Shown here: in pieces, positions 30,041 through 39,905 of the stretch | Numbering within the stretch: position 1 is the stretch's first letter | Layout of the letters: each line of letters begins with the position of its first letter | Origin: an uncultured Muribaculaceae bacterium | GTDB lineage: Bacteria > Bacteroidota > Bacteroidia > Bacteroidales > UBA932 | DNA length: 64,000 nucleotides | NCBI GenBank assembly: GCA_964608175.1 | Contig: CAZSMO010000008.1 | Coordinates: 10,291-74,290, forward strand | Reading direction: 5' to 3' | The notes under the pieces: generated by a model | The model's input: the letters and a program-made list of their open reading frames with translations, nothing else | The model's database searches: none | What the model was told of the DNA's origin: nothing | Position numbers and translations under genes: made by a program

Positions 30041-30108
30041 CAAAGTTATTCACTCTCCCAGGCAAAGAAAATACACCGGCCAAAAAGTTATCCACTTAAT
30101 TTTCCACA
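30041..30108 (-). promoter_or_regulatory. Putative nrdD promoter (-7 box TAACTTTG at 30041-30048) with three DnaA-box-like 9-mers
   Basis: TTATTCACT 30046-30054, TTATCCACT 30088-30096 and TTTTCCACA 30100-30108, compared with the consensus TTATCCACA. Confidence 0.45.
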
Positions 30109-30187
30109 AGCAACAGAAAGCCGTAGAAGGCAGGGGTCCCCGCACAAAAACATTCAGACGAGGATTCCCCGGCAAGGCAGTTTTTAT

Positions 30188-30811
30188 CTAGAAAAGTGTC
30201 GGTTCGAGCTCTTTAGGGTGAAAACTGCGCCGATGATAAGGGGTAAGGCCATACTCTTTGATAGCCTGGATATGCTCGGCGGTAGGATACCCCATGTTCC
30301 TGTCCCAACCATACTCGGGATAGAGGGTGGCGAGGCGGCGCATATACTCGTCCCTGTGGGTCTTGGCAAGTACGGAAGCCGCCGCGATGCTCGCATAGCC
30401 TGCATCTCCATGAATGATGGTGCGATAGCGGTCAGCGTCATATCTGCCGAAGGGAGTGAAACGATTGCCGTCAATGAGGAGAAAGTCGGGAGCGGGGGAG
30501 AGCCTTAACACGGCCCGTTGCATGCCCGCAATCGATGCACGGAGGATATTGATACGGTCTATCTCTTCGGCTGTCACTTCTTCAACGGCCCAGGCCACGG
30601 CCTCCTTCTCAATGATGGGCCGCAGGGTGTCCCTCGCCTTCCCGCTCATCTGCTTGGAGTCATTGAGAAGAGGATGAAAGAAATCTGCGGGCAAAATCAC
30701 CGCAGCGGCAAACACGCTTCCGGCAAGAGGGCCGCGTCCGGCTTCATCGCACCCCGCCTCAAGTCGTCCCCGCTCGAGATAAGGAAGAAGATGGATGTCT
30801 TTGTACAGCAT
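30188..30811 (-). CDS. rnhB: Ribonuclease HII
   Basis: GCDEAGRGPLAG, LNDSKQ, LLIDGN and SIAAASVLAKTHRD; likely start 30811 (alternatively 30826), not the TTG at 30982, which overlaps the tRNA. Confidence 0.93.
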   Translation of the reverse strand: MLYKDIHLLPYLERGRLEAGCDEAGRGPLAGSVFAAAVILPADFFHPLLNDSKQMSGKARDTLRPIIEKEAVAWAVEEVTAEEIDRINILRASIAGMQRAVLRLSPAPDFLLIDGNRFTPFGRYDADRYRTIIHGDAGYASIAAASVLAKTHRDEYMRRLATLYPEYGWDRNMGYPTAEHIQAIKEYGLTPYHRRSFHPKELEPTLF

Positions 30812-30885
30812 ATTTTCGTCACGCATATGAGAGACCGGACTCTCAAAAATAATCCCCCGCAGTGTGCTCTGCAGGGGAAAATGAG

Positions 30886-30970
30886 TGCCCAAAGCCGGGC
30901 TCGAACCGGCACGTCTTTTAAGGACACAGGATTTTGAGTCCAGCGCGTCTACCAATTCCGCCATTCGGGC
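30886..30970 (-). tRNA. tRNA-Leu(CAA)
   Basis: Minus strand reads GCCCGAATGGCGGAATTGGTAGACGCGCTGGACTCAAAATCC...GGTTCGAGCCCGGCTTTGGGCA: long variable arm, CAA anticodon, one T-T mismatch in the anticodon stem, no encoded CCA. A TAAATTTG box lies at 30980-30987. Confidence 0.93.
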
Positions 30971-31185
30971 TACGGGGAGCAAATTTAAGGCAAAATTTGC
31001 AAATAGTCAAGAGAAAGGGGTGAAACATAAGTGCCTTATTTTCAATAATTGCCTATTTTTTCCTTGTCCCCTGGACGGGACAAGGAAAAAGGGTATATAA
31101 TTGAAAGCCAAACATTTGATAAAACAGAGAAAAACATAGAGAAGGTTTGGCGAAAAAAAGGATTATGCGTAATTTCGCAAGTCAA

Positions 31186-32211
31186 ATGAAGCGCGTATAC
31201 ATCATCTATGACTCCAATGTGGATAAATTCGCCCGCAGGATAGAAGATATCTGGGAGAAGGAAGGGAAAACCAATGTCTGCGGACGGCTTTCAATTATTG
31301 CTGACGAAGAGCACAAAACGCTCTCATCCGTAGAAAGGATTTGCTCCTTTTTGCTTGCAAACGGGGCAGACAGGGATGACAGCATAGTTGCAATCGGAGG
31401 CGGTGTTACAAGCGATATATGCGGACTTGCGGCAGGCATATACAAGCGGGGCATAAGCGTTATCAATGTCCCCACCACCTTTCTCGCCCAGGTAGATGCC
31501 GCATTTGGAGGCAAAAACGGCGTCAATCTGGATTCTGTCAAGAATGCCTTGGGACTTATCAGGCTCCCGGATGCCGTCTGCTCCTATCCGGAACCGCTTC
31601 GCACTCTCTCACCTGCGCAATTCAGAAGCGGTCTGGCTGAAATGCTCAAGACTTTCATAATCTTCGACAGGACAGCTTACGGGAAGGCGATAGAGGTTTT
31701 TACGAAACTTCAGGAGGCGGGCTATAGAGGGGATATCCTCGAAACCGAACTTACAGAAATATTCGAATTGGGCAAGGAAGCGGCTGCATACAAGGAAGCC
31801 ATAGTCAGAGAAGACCTCAATGACCATGGCAGAAGGCATCTGCTCAACCTCGGGCACACTTTCGCTCACGCAATTGAATGGTATCAGAGCAGAAACTGTA
31901 TCCGGCACTTCTCCCATGGCGAAGCAGTGGCAATCGGGATGGTGGCCGCAGCAAAGATTGCTGTTTACCTGGGACTTTCGCAGGAAGGGTTCCCTCTCCG
32001 TCTGGAGGATGATTTCAGGCACTGCGGTCTGCCCGTAGAATTGCCATGCGATGTCAGAAACCTCCTACCGGCCATCACCAAGGATAAAAAAATCGAAGGG
32101 GGAGAAATTGATTTCGTACTGCCGGAAGACATCGGCAAGGTGGAACTTCGACGTTTCCCCATGGATGAGTTCTCAACAGTTTCAACTGCTGCACTAGGTA
32201 TTGGAAAATGA
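31186..32211 (+). CDS. aroB: 3-dehydroquinate synthase
   Basis: AIGGGVTSDICG, VPTTFLAQVDAAFGGKNGVN and LLNLGHTFAHAIE; likely ATG at 31186. Confidence 0.93.
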   Translation: MKRVYIIYDSNVDKFARRIEDIWEKEGKTNVCGRLSIIADEEHKTLSSVERICSFLLANGADRDDSIVAIGGGVTSDICGLAAGIYKRGISVINVPTTFLAQVDAAFGGKNGVNLDSVKNALGLIRLPDAVCSYPEPLRTLSPAQFRSGLAEMLKTFIIFDRTAYGKAIEVFTKLQEAGYRGDILETELTEIFELGKEAAAYKEAIVREDLNDHGRRHLLNLGHTFAHAIEWYQSRNCIRHFSHGEAVAIGMVAAAKIAVYLGLSQEGFPLRLEDDFRHCGLPVELPCDVRNLLPAITKDKKIEGGEIDFVLPEDIGKVELRRFPMDEFSTVSTAALGIGK

Positions 32212-34190
32212 TTTGCACAAGTATTCAGCACAAAAGCATAGAAGAAATTTGGGCCGCTCTCGATGACCCATATGTGGAATTGGCCGAAATCCGCCTCGAC
32301 CTTTGTCCCCTATCCGACAAGGAGATAGAGGAACTTTTTTCAGAATGCGAGAAGCCTCTGATTGCCACCTGCAGGGTTTCATGTACAGGCCCTGAATGTT
32401 GTGTCGGCAAGGCCTGGGACGAGGCGTATCACAAATTGGAACTCGCATCTTCCTCCGGTTCGCGCTACATCGATCTCGACCTTGGAGCTCCAGTCGAAAT
32501 CAGCCAGAAGGTGCGGAAACTCTGCCGCAGGACGGGTTCCGAACTGATTCGTTCCTGGCATGACTGCAAGGGCACTCCAGACAGGGATTACCTGCTGCAG
32601 ATTCTTGCAAGGTGCTATCGCTACGGAGCCGACATCGCCAAAATTGTTACTTTCGCCGCCTCAGCCGCTGACTGCAGGAGGGTACTCTCCCTCTACGGTG
32701 AGGAAGGCATTACCGCAAGTACTCTCGTTGCATTTGCAATGGGAGAAAAGGGTTCGCAAAGCCGCGTGGACTGCCTCTCCAAGGGGGCTCCTTTCTCGTA
32801 TTGTGCCTATGATGAGCCTACTGCTTCGGGGCAGCTGGGCCTTGACGAAATGCACCGCGAGGTGTACGGAGATTTCCTTGGAATTTTCCGTACGGATTTC
32901 AATGTCCCCTCGTCCAAAAGTTTTGCCCAGAGGGCGATTCTCGCCGCTGCAATTGCCGAAGGCACTTCACACCTGAGGGGCTATACCCCTTGCGATGACA
33001 GTGAAGCGGCCATTGCCATAGCCAAAAGCATGGGAGCAAAAGTATACCGCAGGGACAGTACCCTCACAATCAAGGGAGTCGGAGGCAAGCCGAATCCACA
33101 GCCTCTTGTTGATGTGGGAGAATCGGGTCTCCTTGCCAGGCTGTCTGCCCCACTGTTTGCCGCCCTTGAATCCAAACCGTTTACCATCGCGGGGCGTGGA
33201 ACCCTGCCTTCCAGACCTCTCAAAGATGCGGCAGGGATTATGGCAGCATTTGGGGTTATGCTCCAGAATACCGTTCTTCAGGCAGATAAGTCAGTCCATG
33301 TCCCTTTCTCGGTTTCGGGACGGTTGATGCCTGGCAGGGCCTCCGTCTCAGGGAATGGCGGATCGCAGCTCATCTCCGGCCTTCTGATGGCACTGCCGCT
33401 TACTTCTGGGGACTCCCAGCTCGAAGTCACGGAGCCCAAAAGTATCCCGTATATGTTTATAACCCTTGATGTACTTCGCCGCTTCGGGATAGAAATTGAT
33501 GCCCGCATGGAGGGAGATTCCGAAATGCTTGAAGCCCAGGACTGGAGCGCATGCAGTGGGATTCAGTTTGTCATCAGGGGAGAGCAGCGCTACTCCGCCT
33601 GCGACATATATCTCGAAGCTGACTGGAGTGCAGCGGCGAATTTCCTCGTAGCAGGAGCTCTGTATGGAGGAGTCGAAATCGACGGGCTCGATACCTCCTC
33701 GCTTCAGGCGGATATCTCGATAATGGATGTGCTCGTGGAGGCCGGGGCGGCTGTTGCAAGTGGAGAAGATACGGTGAGTGTGCGCAAAGCCCCGCTTGAG
33801 GCCTTTGACTTCGACCTTTCCCAAGCTCCTGACATCATCCCGATTGTGAGTCTGCTTGCAGCCTTCTGTGCCGGCAAGAGCACTATTGCCGGTATTTCAA
33901 GGCTTCGCGGCAAGGAATCGGACAGGGCATCTGCAATCGTCAGAACCCTCACTCAGATGGGAGTAAGTGCCTCTATTGAGGGAGATATCCTCGAGATTGA
34001 GGGAGAGTCCCTTTGCTCCCGCCTCCTTAACGGACGCCTGCTCCATGGCGGTGAATATACTTGCTTCCACGATCACAGGATGGCGATGATGCTTAGGGTT
34101 GCATCCATTGGTGCCGATTCTCCCATCGTAATAGACAATCCAAGCTGCGTAAGCAAGTCCTTCCCCGAATTCTTCGAGGAATTTAAGTAA
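32208..34190 (+). CDS. aroA: Fused type I 3-dehydroquinate dehydratase (AroD) and EPSP synthase (AroA)
   Basis: N-terminal ~215 aa: AEIRLD, IRSWHD, ADIAKIV, AFAMGEKG. Remainder: PSSKSFAQR, SQLISGLL, LRGKESDR, DHRMAM, VSKSFPEF. Confidence 0.88.
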   Translation: MICTSIQHKSIEEIWAALDDPYVELAEIRLDLCPLSDKEIEELFSECEKPLIATCRVSCTGPECCVGKAWDEAYHKLELASSSGSRYIDLDLGAPVEISQKVRKLCRRTGSELIRSWHDCKGTPDRDYLLQILARCYRYGADIAKIVTFAASAADCRRVLSLYGEEGITASTLVAFAMGEKGSQSRVDCLSKGAPFSYCAYDEPTASGQLGLDEMHREVYGDFLGIFRTDFNVPSSKSFAQRAILAAAIAEGTSHLRGYTPCDDSEAAIAIAKSMGAKVYRRDSTLTIKGVGGKPNPQPLVDVGESGLLARLSAPLFAALESKPFTIAGRGTLPSRPLKDAAGIMAAFGVMLQNTVLQADKSVHVPFSVSGRLMPGRASVSGNGGSQLISGLLMALPLTSGDSQLEVTEPKSIPYMFITLDVLRRFGIEIDARMEGDSEMLEAQDWSACSGIQFVIRGEQRYSACDIYLEADWSAAANFLVAGALYGGVEIDGLDTSSLQADISIMDVLVEAGAAVASGEDTVSVRKAPLEAFDFDLSQAPDIIPIVSLLAAFCAGKSTIAGISRLRGKESDRASAIVRTLTQMGVSASIEGDILEIEGESLCSRLLNGRLLHGGEYTCFHDHRMAMMLRVASIGADSPIVIDNPSCVSKSFPEFFEEFK

Positions 34191-34446
34191 GCTATCAAGT
34201 TCAATGCGCTCCACCCAAGGATGACGAAATTCGTTTAGAGCACCTATCCGATTTCTACATGTGCGTAAGCCATAATGGTGCTCTAAATCAAACCAAATTG
34301 CCGTGATTTAGTACAGCCGACTGCCCTCTGTAGTGCTGTAAGGCCATCCCCTGCACTAAACGTATTTCACGAGTCTTGATGAGCGGAACAGGCAATCACA
34401 AGAGACACTGCAACAAGGTTGCAGACTCGTCAATAGGCTTCCGTCA

Positions 34447-37344
34447 TCAATACCCGAAGATGTCTTCGAGAGTGAGGACTTTGACAGGCCCAAGGGTCTT
34501 GAGATAGCTCAAATCAAGGTCTGTGGGGTCGCCCAGAATGCCATAGCTGTAGGTCCGCCCGCTGATCCACTTGTCGTGAAAAGAATGGAGATCGGCAAGT
34601 GTCAGCCCCTCAAGGCTTTCAAACACGGTTTTGTCAAGCGGCTCATTGAGACCAAGTTCGCGGCAGCTTAAATACGAGTTCAGTACAGCCATCCCATTGG
34701 TCCGCGAGGTCCGAAGATCGGTATCCAGATTTGCCTTAGCAATATCGAAAGCTTTGTCGGACTCGGGCATATTCCCGATAATCTCGGCAAAGGCTTCAAC
34801 GGCTTTGGACAGTTTGTCGTTCTGCGAGCCGATATACGCCGCGAAAGAATAGCTGTCCGAGGCAAACGAAGGAGAGCTCAAATATGCCCCTGCACTGTAG
34901 GCAAGAGCACGGGATTCGCGCATCTCCTGGAAAACAACCGTATTCATGCCTCCTCCGAAATAGCTGTTGAAGAGCCGGACGGATGCCGCTGCATCTTTAT
35001 TGAAAGCTTCTCCCCTATTGGAATACTGCACATAATTGAACTGCCTTGCGGCATAAGGAGCCAGGAACACCTTGGAAGAAGTCACAACCTGTTTGGCGGG
35101 GTATTTCTTTTCCAAAGGGACAGGCTCCTCCGGTACAGAATGGTGACTCGAAAGCATTGCTTCGACCTCCTGCTGCGAAGCCGGCCCGTAATAGAGAATA
35201 CTGTGAGAGTATCCCTTCAGGGCCTTGACCTTATTTATAAGGGAAGTGGCCTCAAGCGAACTCAATGCGGCATTGGAGAGAGTGGTTCGCCTGATGTAAT
35301 CAGGTCCGTAGACCACATAGTCGCGAAGGGCACTGTTGCAGGCGCGCTGACTGAGCTTGGTATCGCTGCGGGATTGGAACTCATCGGCTTTGAGATTTTC
35401 GAGCACGGCCTCGTCAGCTGTAGCATTTGAGAGTAAATCCTCCACAATGTCCAGGGCAGCGGGGATATTCTCCGAAAGGCCGCTGACGCGAATGGTAAGG
35501 GTATTGTCATCTGCCACTGCCCCGAAACTGCAGGCGAGTTCGTACAGTTCCAGAGCCCTCTTTCCGGCAGAAGCTGCGGGCGTGCCAAGATAGTCGAGGT
35601 ATTCGAGTGCAGTTGAAAGCGAAGCATCGTCAAGCAGGCCGAGGTCGTAGCGAAATTGGAGATTGGCTATGTCATTGAGTGTATTCCTCTTGTAGAGCAA
35701 TTCCTGCCCTTTGATTTCCCCCTTGGACATATCCTTCGAAAAATCCACAAAGACCGGTTCAATGGGCTTAACTTTACTTTCTTGAATTTCAGTAAGAAAC
35801 GCACTTTGCTTGTCGCGGTTGGTCAGGATTGGGGTGATTGCGGGAGCATCTATCTTCCGAATAGACTTATCCTCCCCATGGTGCTTATACACAGCCGCAT
35901 AATTCTCATCCCCGAGGTATTTGTCCGCCCACGTCACGATGTCTTCTTTAGTCAGTTTCTCAATCCGGGAAGGTATTGCTACCTGATTTTTCCACGAAAT
36001 CCCATTCACGAAGGCCTCCACGAAACTCATCGCCCTCATCTCGTTCCTCTCAAGGGAACGCATCTGACTGAGTTTATAATTGTTGACGGCTCCCCTCAGA
36101 AGCGAATCGCTGAACTCGCCATGGCGAAGGCGGGCAATCTCTGCAAGGAGGACATCCCTTACTTCATCAAGACTCTGACCATATTTGGGGAAAGCCCCAA
36201 GTATGAATTCCCCGTAATCGGTTCTGTCATAGTTCTCGGCAAAGGCAGCGATGGCCGACTGGGTCTGATTGACATCGAGATCAATAAGTCCGGCAAGTCC
36301 GTTACTGAGAATGGAGGAGACGATGCCGGCAATTTGAGCATCCTCATTCGCAGCCCCCGGGTAACGCCATGCAAGGAAGGCGAATTCCCCTTCGGTACCG
36401 TATACATCCTTTATCTTGGGAGTTGTTATCGGGGTTTCCGAAACCGTCTTAAACTCCGGCAGAGAATCGTTTGCTTTCCAATCCCCGAAGTATTTCTCAA
36501 TAATCCCGACAAACTCGTCGGGGTCAAAGTCTCCGGAGACGCAGATTGCACAATTGTTGGGCACGTAATAGACCTCTTTCTGGTGCTTGATTGCGGTGAT
36601 TGAAGGGTTCTTGAGGTGCTCCTGGGTACCGATAACGGTCTGTGTTCCATAGGGATGATGAGGGAAGAGCATCGAGTCAAGGGCTTCCACGGCCTTGTTG
36701 CTGTCGTTGTTGAGCCCACGGTTCTTCTCCTCATACACTGCCTCAAGTTCGGTATGGAAGCCCCTCACTACCATATTCTTGAAGCGGTCCGACTGGACCT
36801 TCGCCCATTCTTCGATACGGTTCGAGGGGATATTTTCCTGATAGCAAGTCACATCATTCGAGGTGAAAGCGTTAGACCCCTGAGCTCCAATGAGGGACAT
36901 AGCCTTGTCGTATTCATTGGGAATGGCATATTTGGAAGCTTCATAACTCAGGGAGTCGATGATATGATATTGCGCTGCCCTTTGCTTAGGGTCAGTAAGT
37001 GTGCGATATACATTGTACTCCTGCTCAATCCTGTCAAGGAGGGGCTTTTCAGCCTCGTAGTCCGCTGTCCCGATCAGCTCCGTTCCCTTGAACATAATGT
37101 GCTCAAGATAGTGTGCAAGGCCGGTGTTATCGGAAGGATCATTCTTTCCGCCAACCCGTACGGCAATGTAGGTCTGAATCCGCGGCTCTTCCTTATTGAC
37201 AGACATATACACTTTAAGCCCGTTGTCCAAGGTATAGATCTTGGCATCCAGCGGATCGCCTTTCACGCTCTCATACTTTGAGCAGGACACAAGCGCGGCG
37301 CCCATTACAAGGACGGCTGCCGCATATAATAGGAACTTTCTCAT
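34447..37344 (-). CDS. M16 family zinc peptidase (insulinase/PqqL-like) lipoprotein
   Basis: Inverted zinc motif HYLEH (GLAHYLEHIMFKGT), NAFTS and VFQEMRESRALAYS. A TATCTTTG promoter box lies at 37366-37373. Confidence 0.92.
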   Translation of the reverse strand: MRKFLLYAAAVLVMGAALVSCSKYESVKGDPLDAKIYTLDNGLKVYMSVNKEEPRIQTYIAVRVGGKNDPSDNTGLAHYLEHIMFKGTELIGTADYEAEKPLLDRIEQEYNVYRTLTDPKQRAAQYHIIDSLSYEASKYAIPNEYDKAMSLIGAQGSNAFTSNDVTCYQENIPSNRIEEWAKVQSDRFKNMVVRGFHTELEAVYEEKNRGLNNDSNKAVEALDSMLFPHHPYGTQTVIGTQEHLKNPSITAIKHQKEVYYVPNNCAICVSGDFDPDEFVGIIEKYFGDWKANDSLPEFKTVSETPITTPKIKDVYGTEGEFAFLAWRYPGAANEDAQIAGIVSSILSNGLAGLIDLDVNQTQSAIAAFAENYDRTDYGEFILGAFPKYGQSLDEVRDVLLAEIARLRHGEFSDSLLRGAVNNYKLSQMRSLERNEMRAMSFVEAFVNGISWKNQVAIPSRIEKLTKEDIVTWADKYLGDENYAAVYKHHGEDKSIRKIDAPAITPILTNRDKQSAFLTEIQESKVKPIEPVFVDFSKDMSKGEIKGQELLYKRNTLNDIANLQFRYDLGLLDDASLSTALEYLDYLGTPAASAGKRALELYELACSFGAVADDNTLTIRVSGLSENIPAALDIVEDLLSNATADEAVLENLKADEFQSRSDTKLSQRACNSALRDYVVYGPDYIRRTTLSNAALSSLEATSLINKVKALKGYSHSILYYGPASQQEVEAMLSSHHSVPEEPVPLEKKYPAKQVVTSSKVFLAPYAARQFNYVQYSNRGEAFNKDAAASVRLFNSYFGGGMNTVVFQEMRESRALAYSAGAYLSSPSFASDSYSFAAYIGSQNDKLSKAVEAFAEIIGNMPESDKAFDIAKANLDTDLRTSRTNGMAVLNSYLSCRELGLNEPLDKTVFESLEGLTLADLHSFHDKWISGRTYSYGILGDPTDLDLSYLKTLGPVKVLTLEDIFGY

Positions 37345-37403
37345 GTTAACACTGATTTAACTACGCAAAGATAGCATTTTTACTCTGCTATACCTTACTC
37401 AAG

Positions 37404-37456
37404 TTTCGCATGTGATAAGGTCATTGCTATTCAAAGTTTTACGCGCACATGCGAAA
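37404..37456. repeat. 53-bp REP-like hairpin (TTTCGCATGTG...TATTCAAA...CACATGCGAAA), copy A
   Basis: 11-bp terminal inverted repeat; related copies at 39906-39958, 40060-40112 and ~44976-45026. Confidence 0.65.
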
Positions 37457-37498
37457 ACCTTATTGAATTCATCAGCAGAACCTTATTTCTTGAGATTA

Positions 37499-37772
37499 TT
37501 TCCCAATAACACCCTTTCCCTGCTTCCTGAACCGTTTCCCAATAATATACTCTCCCTGCTTCCTGAACCATTTCCCAATAACATACTCTCCCTGCTTCCT
37601 GAACCGTTTCCCAATAACATACTCTCCCTGCTTCTTGAACCATTTCCCAATAACATACTCTCCCTGCTTCCTGAACCGTTTCCCAATAACATACTCTCCC
37701 TGCTTCCTGAACCGTTTCCCAATAACACGCTTTCCCTGCTTCCTGAACCATTTCCCAATAACATACTCTCCC
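37499..37772 (+). repeat. 36-bp tandem array (~7.6 units, TTTCCCAATAACATACTCTCCCTGCTTCCTGAACC[A/G])
   Basis: TTTCCCAATAA recurs at 37499, 37535, 37571, 37607, 37643, 37679, 37715 and 37751 with no spacers. Confidence 0.95.
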
Positions 37773-37857
37773 ACAGATACTTAACACTTTCAGCCCCCTA
37801 TTGCCGCGAGGGGGCTGAAAAGCTTAATATGCTATGTATCAATACCATGCAGGGAAA
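37751..37857. repeat. 107-bp palindromic element, copy at the 3' end of the HUH transposase
   Basis: TTTCCC...GGGAAA ends and inner stem TTTCAGCCCCCT / AGGGGGCTGAAA. Confidence 0.75.
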
Positions 37858-38786
37858 CGAATTATCTCTTTCACTTTGTCATATGGTACATGGAGGAATC
37901 TGGAGATGTATGTGTAGCCAGCTCGAACTCGGGAATTGATTTTAAGTATCCACCTTCGTACCTGTTTATCTGAAAGCCTATACGGATTCCACTCTGAAAG
38001 AGGCATTTCCTCTTTTACCAATTCAAGCATTTGATAATACGGGGAGTATGAATCCCTGTCATCCGGAAGTTCGAATTCACCTCCCATATTGCTGTCCGGA
38101 GCTGTAAGCATGTTGTCAAGACCACCGAAATAGTTTGCAGATGCTCCATAATCAATAACATTGTATATACCTATGATATAATCGACCAATCTCTTCCAGT
38201 GCTCCGCTGTCAAGTTGGATTTGAATAGGTAGAGTCGTGAAATTGACAAATGTTTCCCCTTTTCATAGGTTCTGCGAATCAATCTCATATATATTGGCAA
38301 GCGGTCATTGTGATGATGTTCAAGCCTTTTGGGAGAAAACGGCCGGTCCGAGATGGAATAGGCAAGGAGATTCCATTGGTATTGTACCGCTCTTTCGACT
38401 ATCTTCTTCTCCGGAGCATTGTTGGCTATGTAGTTGTGACAAGAGCGAAAAGCCTTGGGAGAATTTTTGGGGACATATTCTTCTGAAGGGGCAAAGACCG
38501 CTCCTTCTCTTTGGAACCATGCGTTATATTCATGAGCGAAAGCGGAACTCGTATTGCCAAGAAAAATACGAAGAGACTCAATCGATTGAGATTCACATAA
38601 TTTGTGCAAATGAGTCAGCATATAGCATAGCGCATAGACGCGAATCGAATACCTGAGTGCGTTGGTACACAATATTGTGAAATGACTGAGGATGATGACA
38701 TCATCGTAGAACAGGGGTGCCTTGTCGATGGTGATTTGGCAAGTGTGGAGCGGGGTGTCCGCTACAAATAAATGGAGGTTTTTCAT
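37839..38786 (-). mobile_element. HUH/Y1 tyrosine transposase (RAYT / IS200-TnpA-like) with C-terminal extension
   Basis: YALCYMLTHLHKL (HUH), REGAVF, CHNYIANN (catalytic Tyr) and YQWN; flanked by two 107-bp hairpins. Confidence 0.72.
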
Positions 38787-38843
38787 ATTTGTAAGTTTTG
38801 TTAAACGCCTGCAATGTACGGAATAAATCTGGATTATGAAGCA

Positions 38844-38950
38844 TTTCCCTGTAAATAATTAACACACAATACATTAGCATTTCTCGCCCTACTCTGCTGC
38901 GAGGGGGCTTGAAATGCTAATTAATTATATATCATTGGATTACCGGGAAA
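38844..38950. repeat. 107-bp palindromic element, copy upstream of the HUH transposase
   Basis: CA-TTTCCC...GGGAAA-CG ends, TTAGCATTTC / GAAATGCTAA stem and GCGAGGGGGC at offset 55. Confidence 0.75.
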
Positions 38951-39021
38951 CGCGCAGGATGCAGCCGTCGTCACCAGACTGAAACTATGGAGAAACTCAC
39001 AGGAGTTCCTTTACGGAAGCT

Positions 39022-39873
39022 TTAAATCTGGAGAGTGTGATATTTGATGAGGCTGTCCATGGGGGCCTTGATGATTGTCCCCACCCTCATACCAAAGGCT
39101 GACGCGGCCTGTGAAAGCAGGTCCTGATAGTAGTAGGCAACACTGCCAACGCAGTTGAATTCATACTTCCGGTAGTCAGGATAATGGCTCACTATATTTT
39201 GGAAGAAATCCCTGAATGAACCCAACATCAAACCATGATAGTACGGATTACTGTGACGGTGATCCCCAACCCACTTACAGAATTGGGCACAATAGCGGTT
39301 TGGCTTGGGCTTGCAGTAAATCTGATCAAGAAGTTCTTCGCCCTCCTTCCCGATGAGTCCTTTCACCTCAGCAAAGACATCCGCAGGCATATCTCCACGC
39401 ATATAATCCACGATGAGCTTCTTCCCGATGTATGCACCGCTCCCCTCATCGCCGAGGATAAAGCCGAGCGAGTCAATATTAAGTGTAATTTCCTCACCAT
39501 CAAATAGGCAGGAATTGGTCCCAGTCCCGAGTATCGCGGCGAAACCGGCCTTGTGACCGAGCAGAGCCCTTGCCGAAGCCAGCAAATCCATGGCCACAAA
39601 CACTGTCCCAACGGAAGGGAATACCGCTCTGAATATCTCCTCCATCATGGGATAATGCATCGGGGTCACGCCCGCACCATAGAAATACACCTCCTCCACC
39701 TCACCCAGGGGAAAGCCCGAGGGAAGACTCTTCGTGATATCATCCCTAATCTCCTCTTTAGACATGTAGTTGGGATTGTAGCCCAGACTTTGGAATCTCA
39801 CTACTTTCTCACTTTTTCTGGAGCATGCGCCCCAATCGGTCTTGGTGGCACCGGAATCAGCTATCAGTATCAT
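39022..39873 (-). CDS. N-acetylhexosamine kinase-like (BadF/BadG/BcrA/BcrD ATPase family)
   Basis: LIADSGATKTDW, ILGTGTNS, GFILGDEGSGA and CVGSVA. Confidence 0.85.
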   Translation of the reverse strand: MILIADSGATKTDWGACSRKSEKVVRFQSLGYNPNYMSKEEIRDDITKSLPSGFPLGEVEEVYFYGAGVTPMHYPMMEEIFRAVFPSVGTVFVAMDLLASARALLGHKAGFAAILGTGTNSCLFDGEEITLNIDSLGFILGDEGSGAYIGKKLIVDYMRGDMPADVFAEVKGLIGKEGEELLDQIYCKPKPNRYCAQFCKWVGDHRHSNPYYHGLMLGSFRDFFQNIVSHYPDYRKYEFNCVGSVAYYYQDLLSQAASAFGMRVGTIIKAPMDSLIKYHTLQI

Positions 39874-39905
39874 TGTATCTATGTTTTTAAAACGCTATTC
39901 TCATG

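Noticed and set aside
37499-37772. 36-bp repeats as a CRISPR array (36 bp is a common type II repeat length)
   Set aside because: The units are contiguous with no spacers, no cas genes are in the window, and the unit derives from the adjacent hairpin element.
37412-37939. ORFs across the tandem array (PEPFPNNILSLL repeats and three minus-strand versions)
   Set aside because: These are open frames produced by a 36-bp repeat lacking stops; they have no plausible start context and overlap the transposase end.
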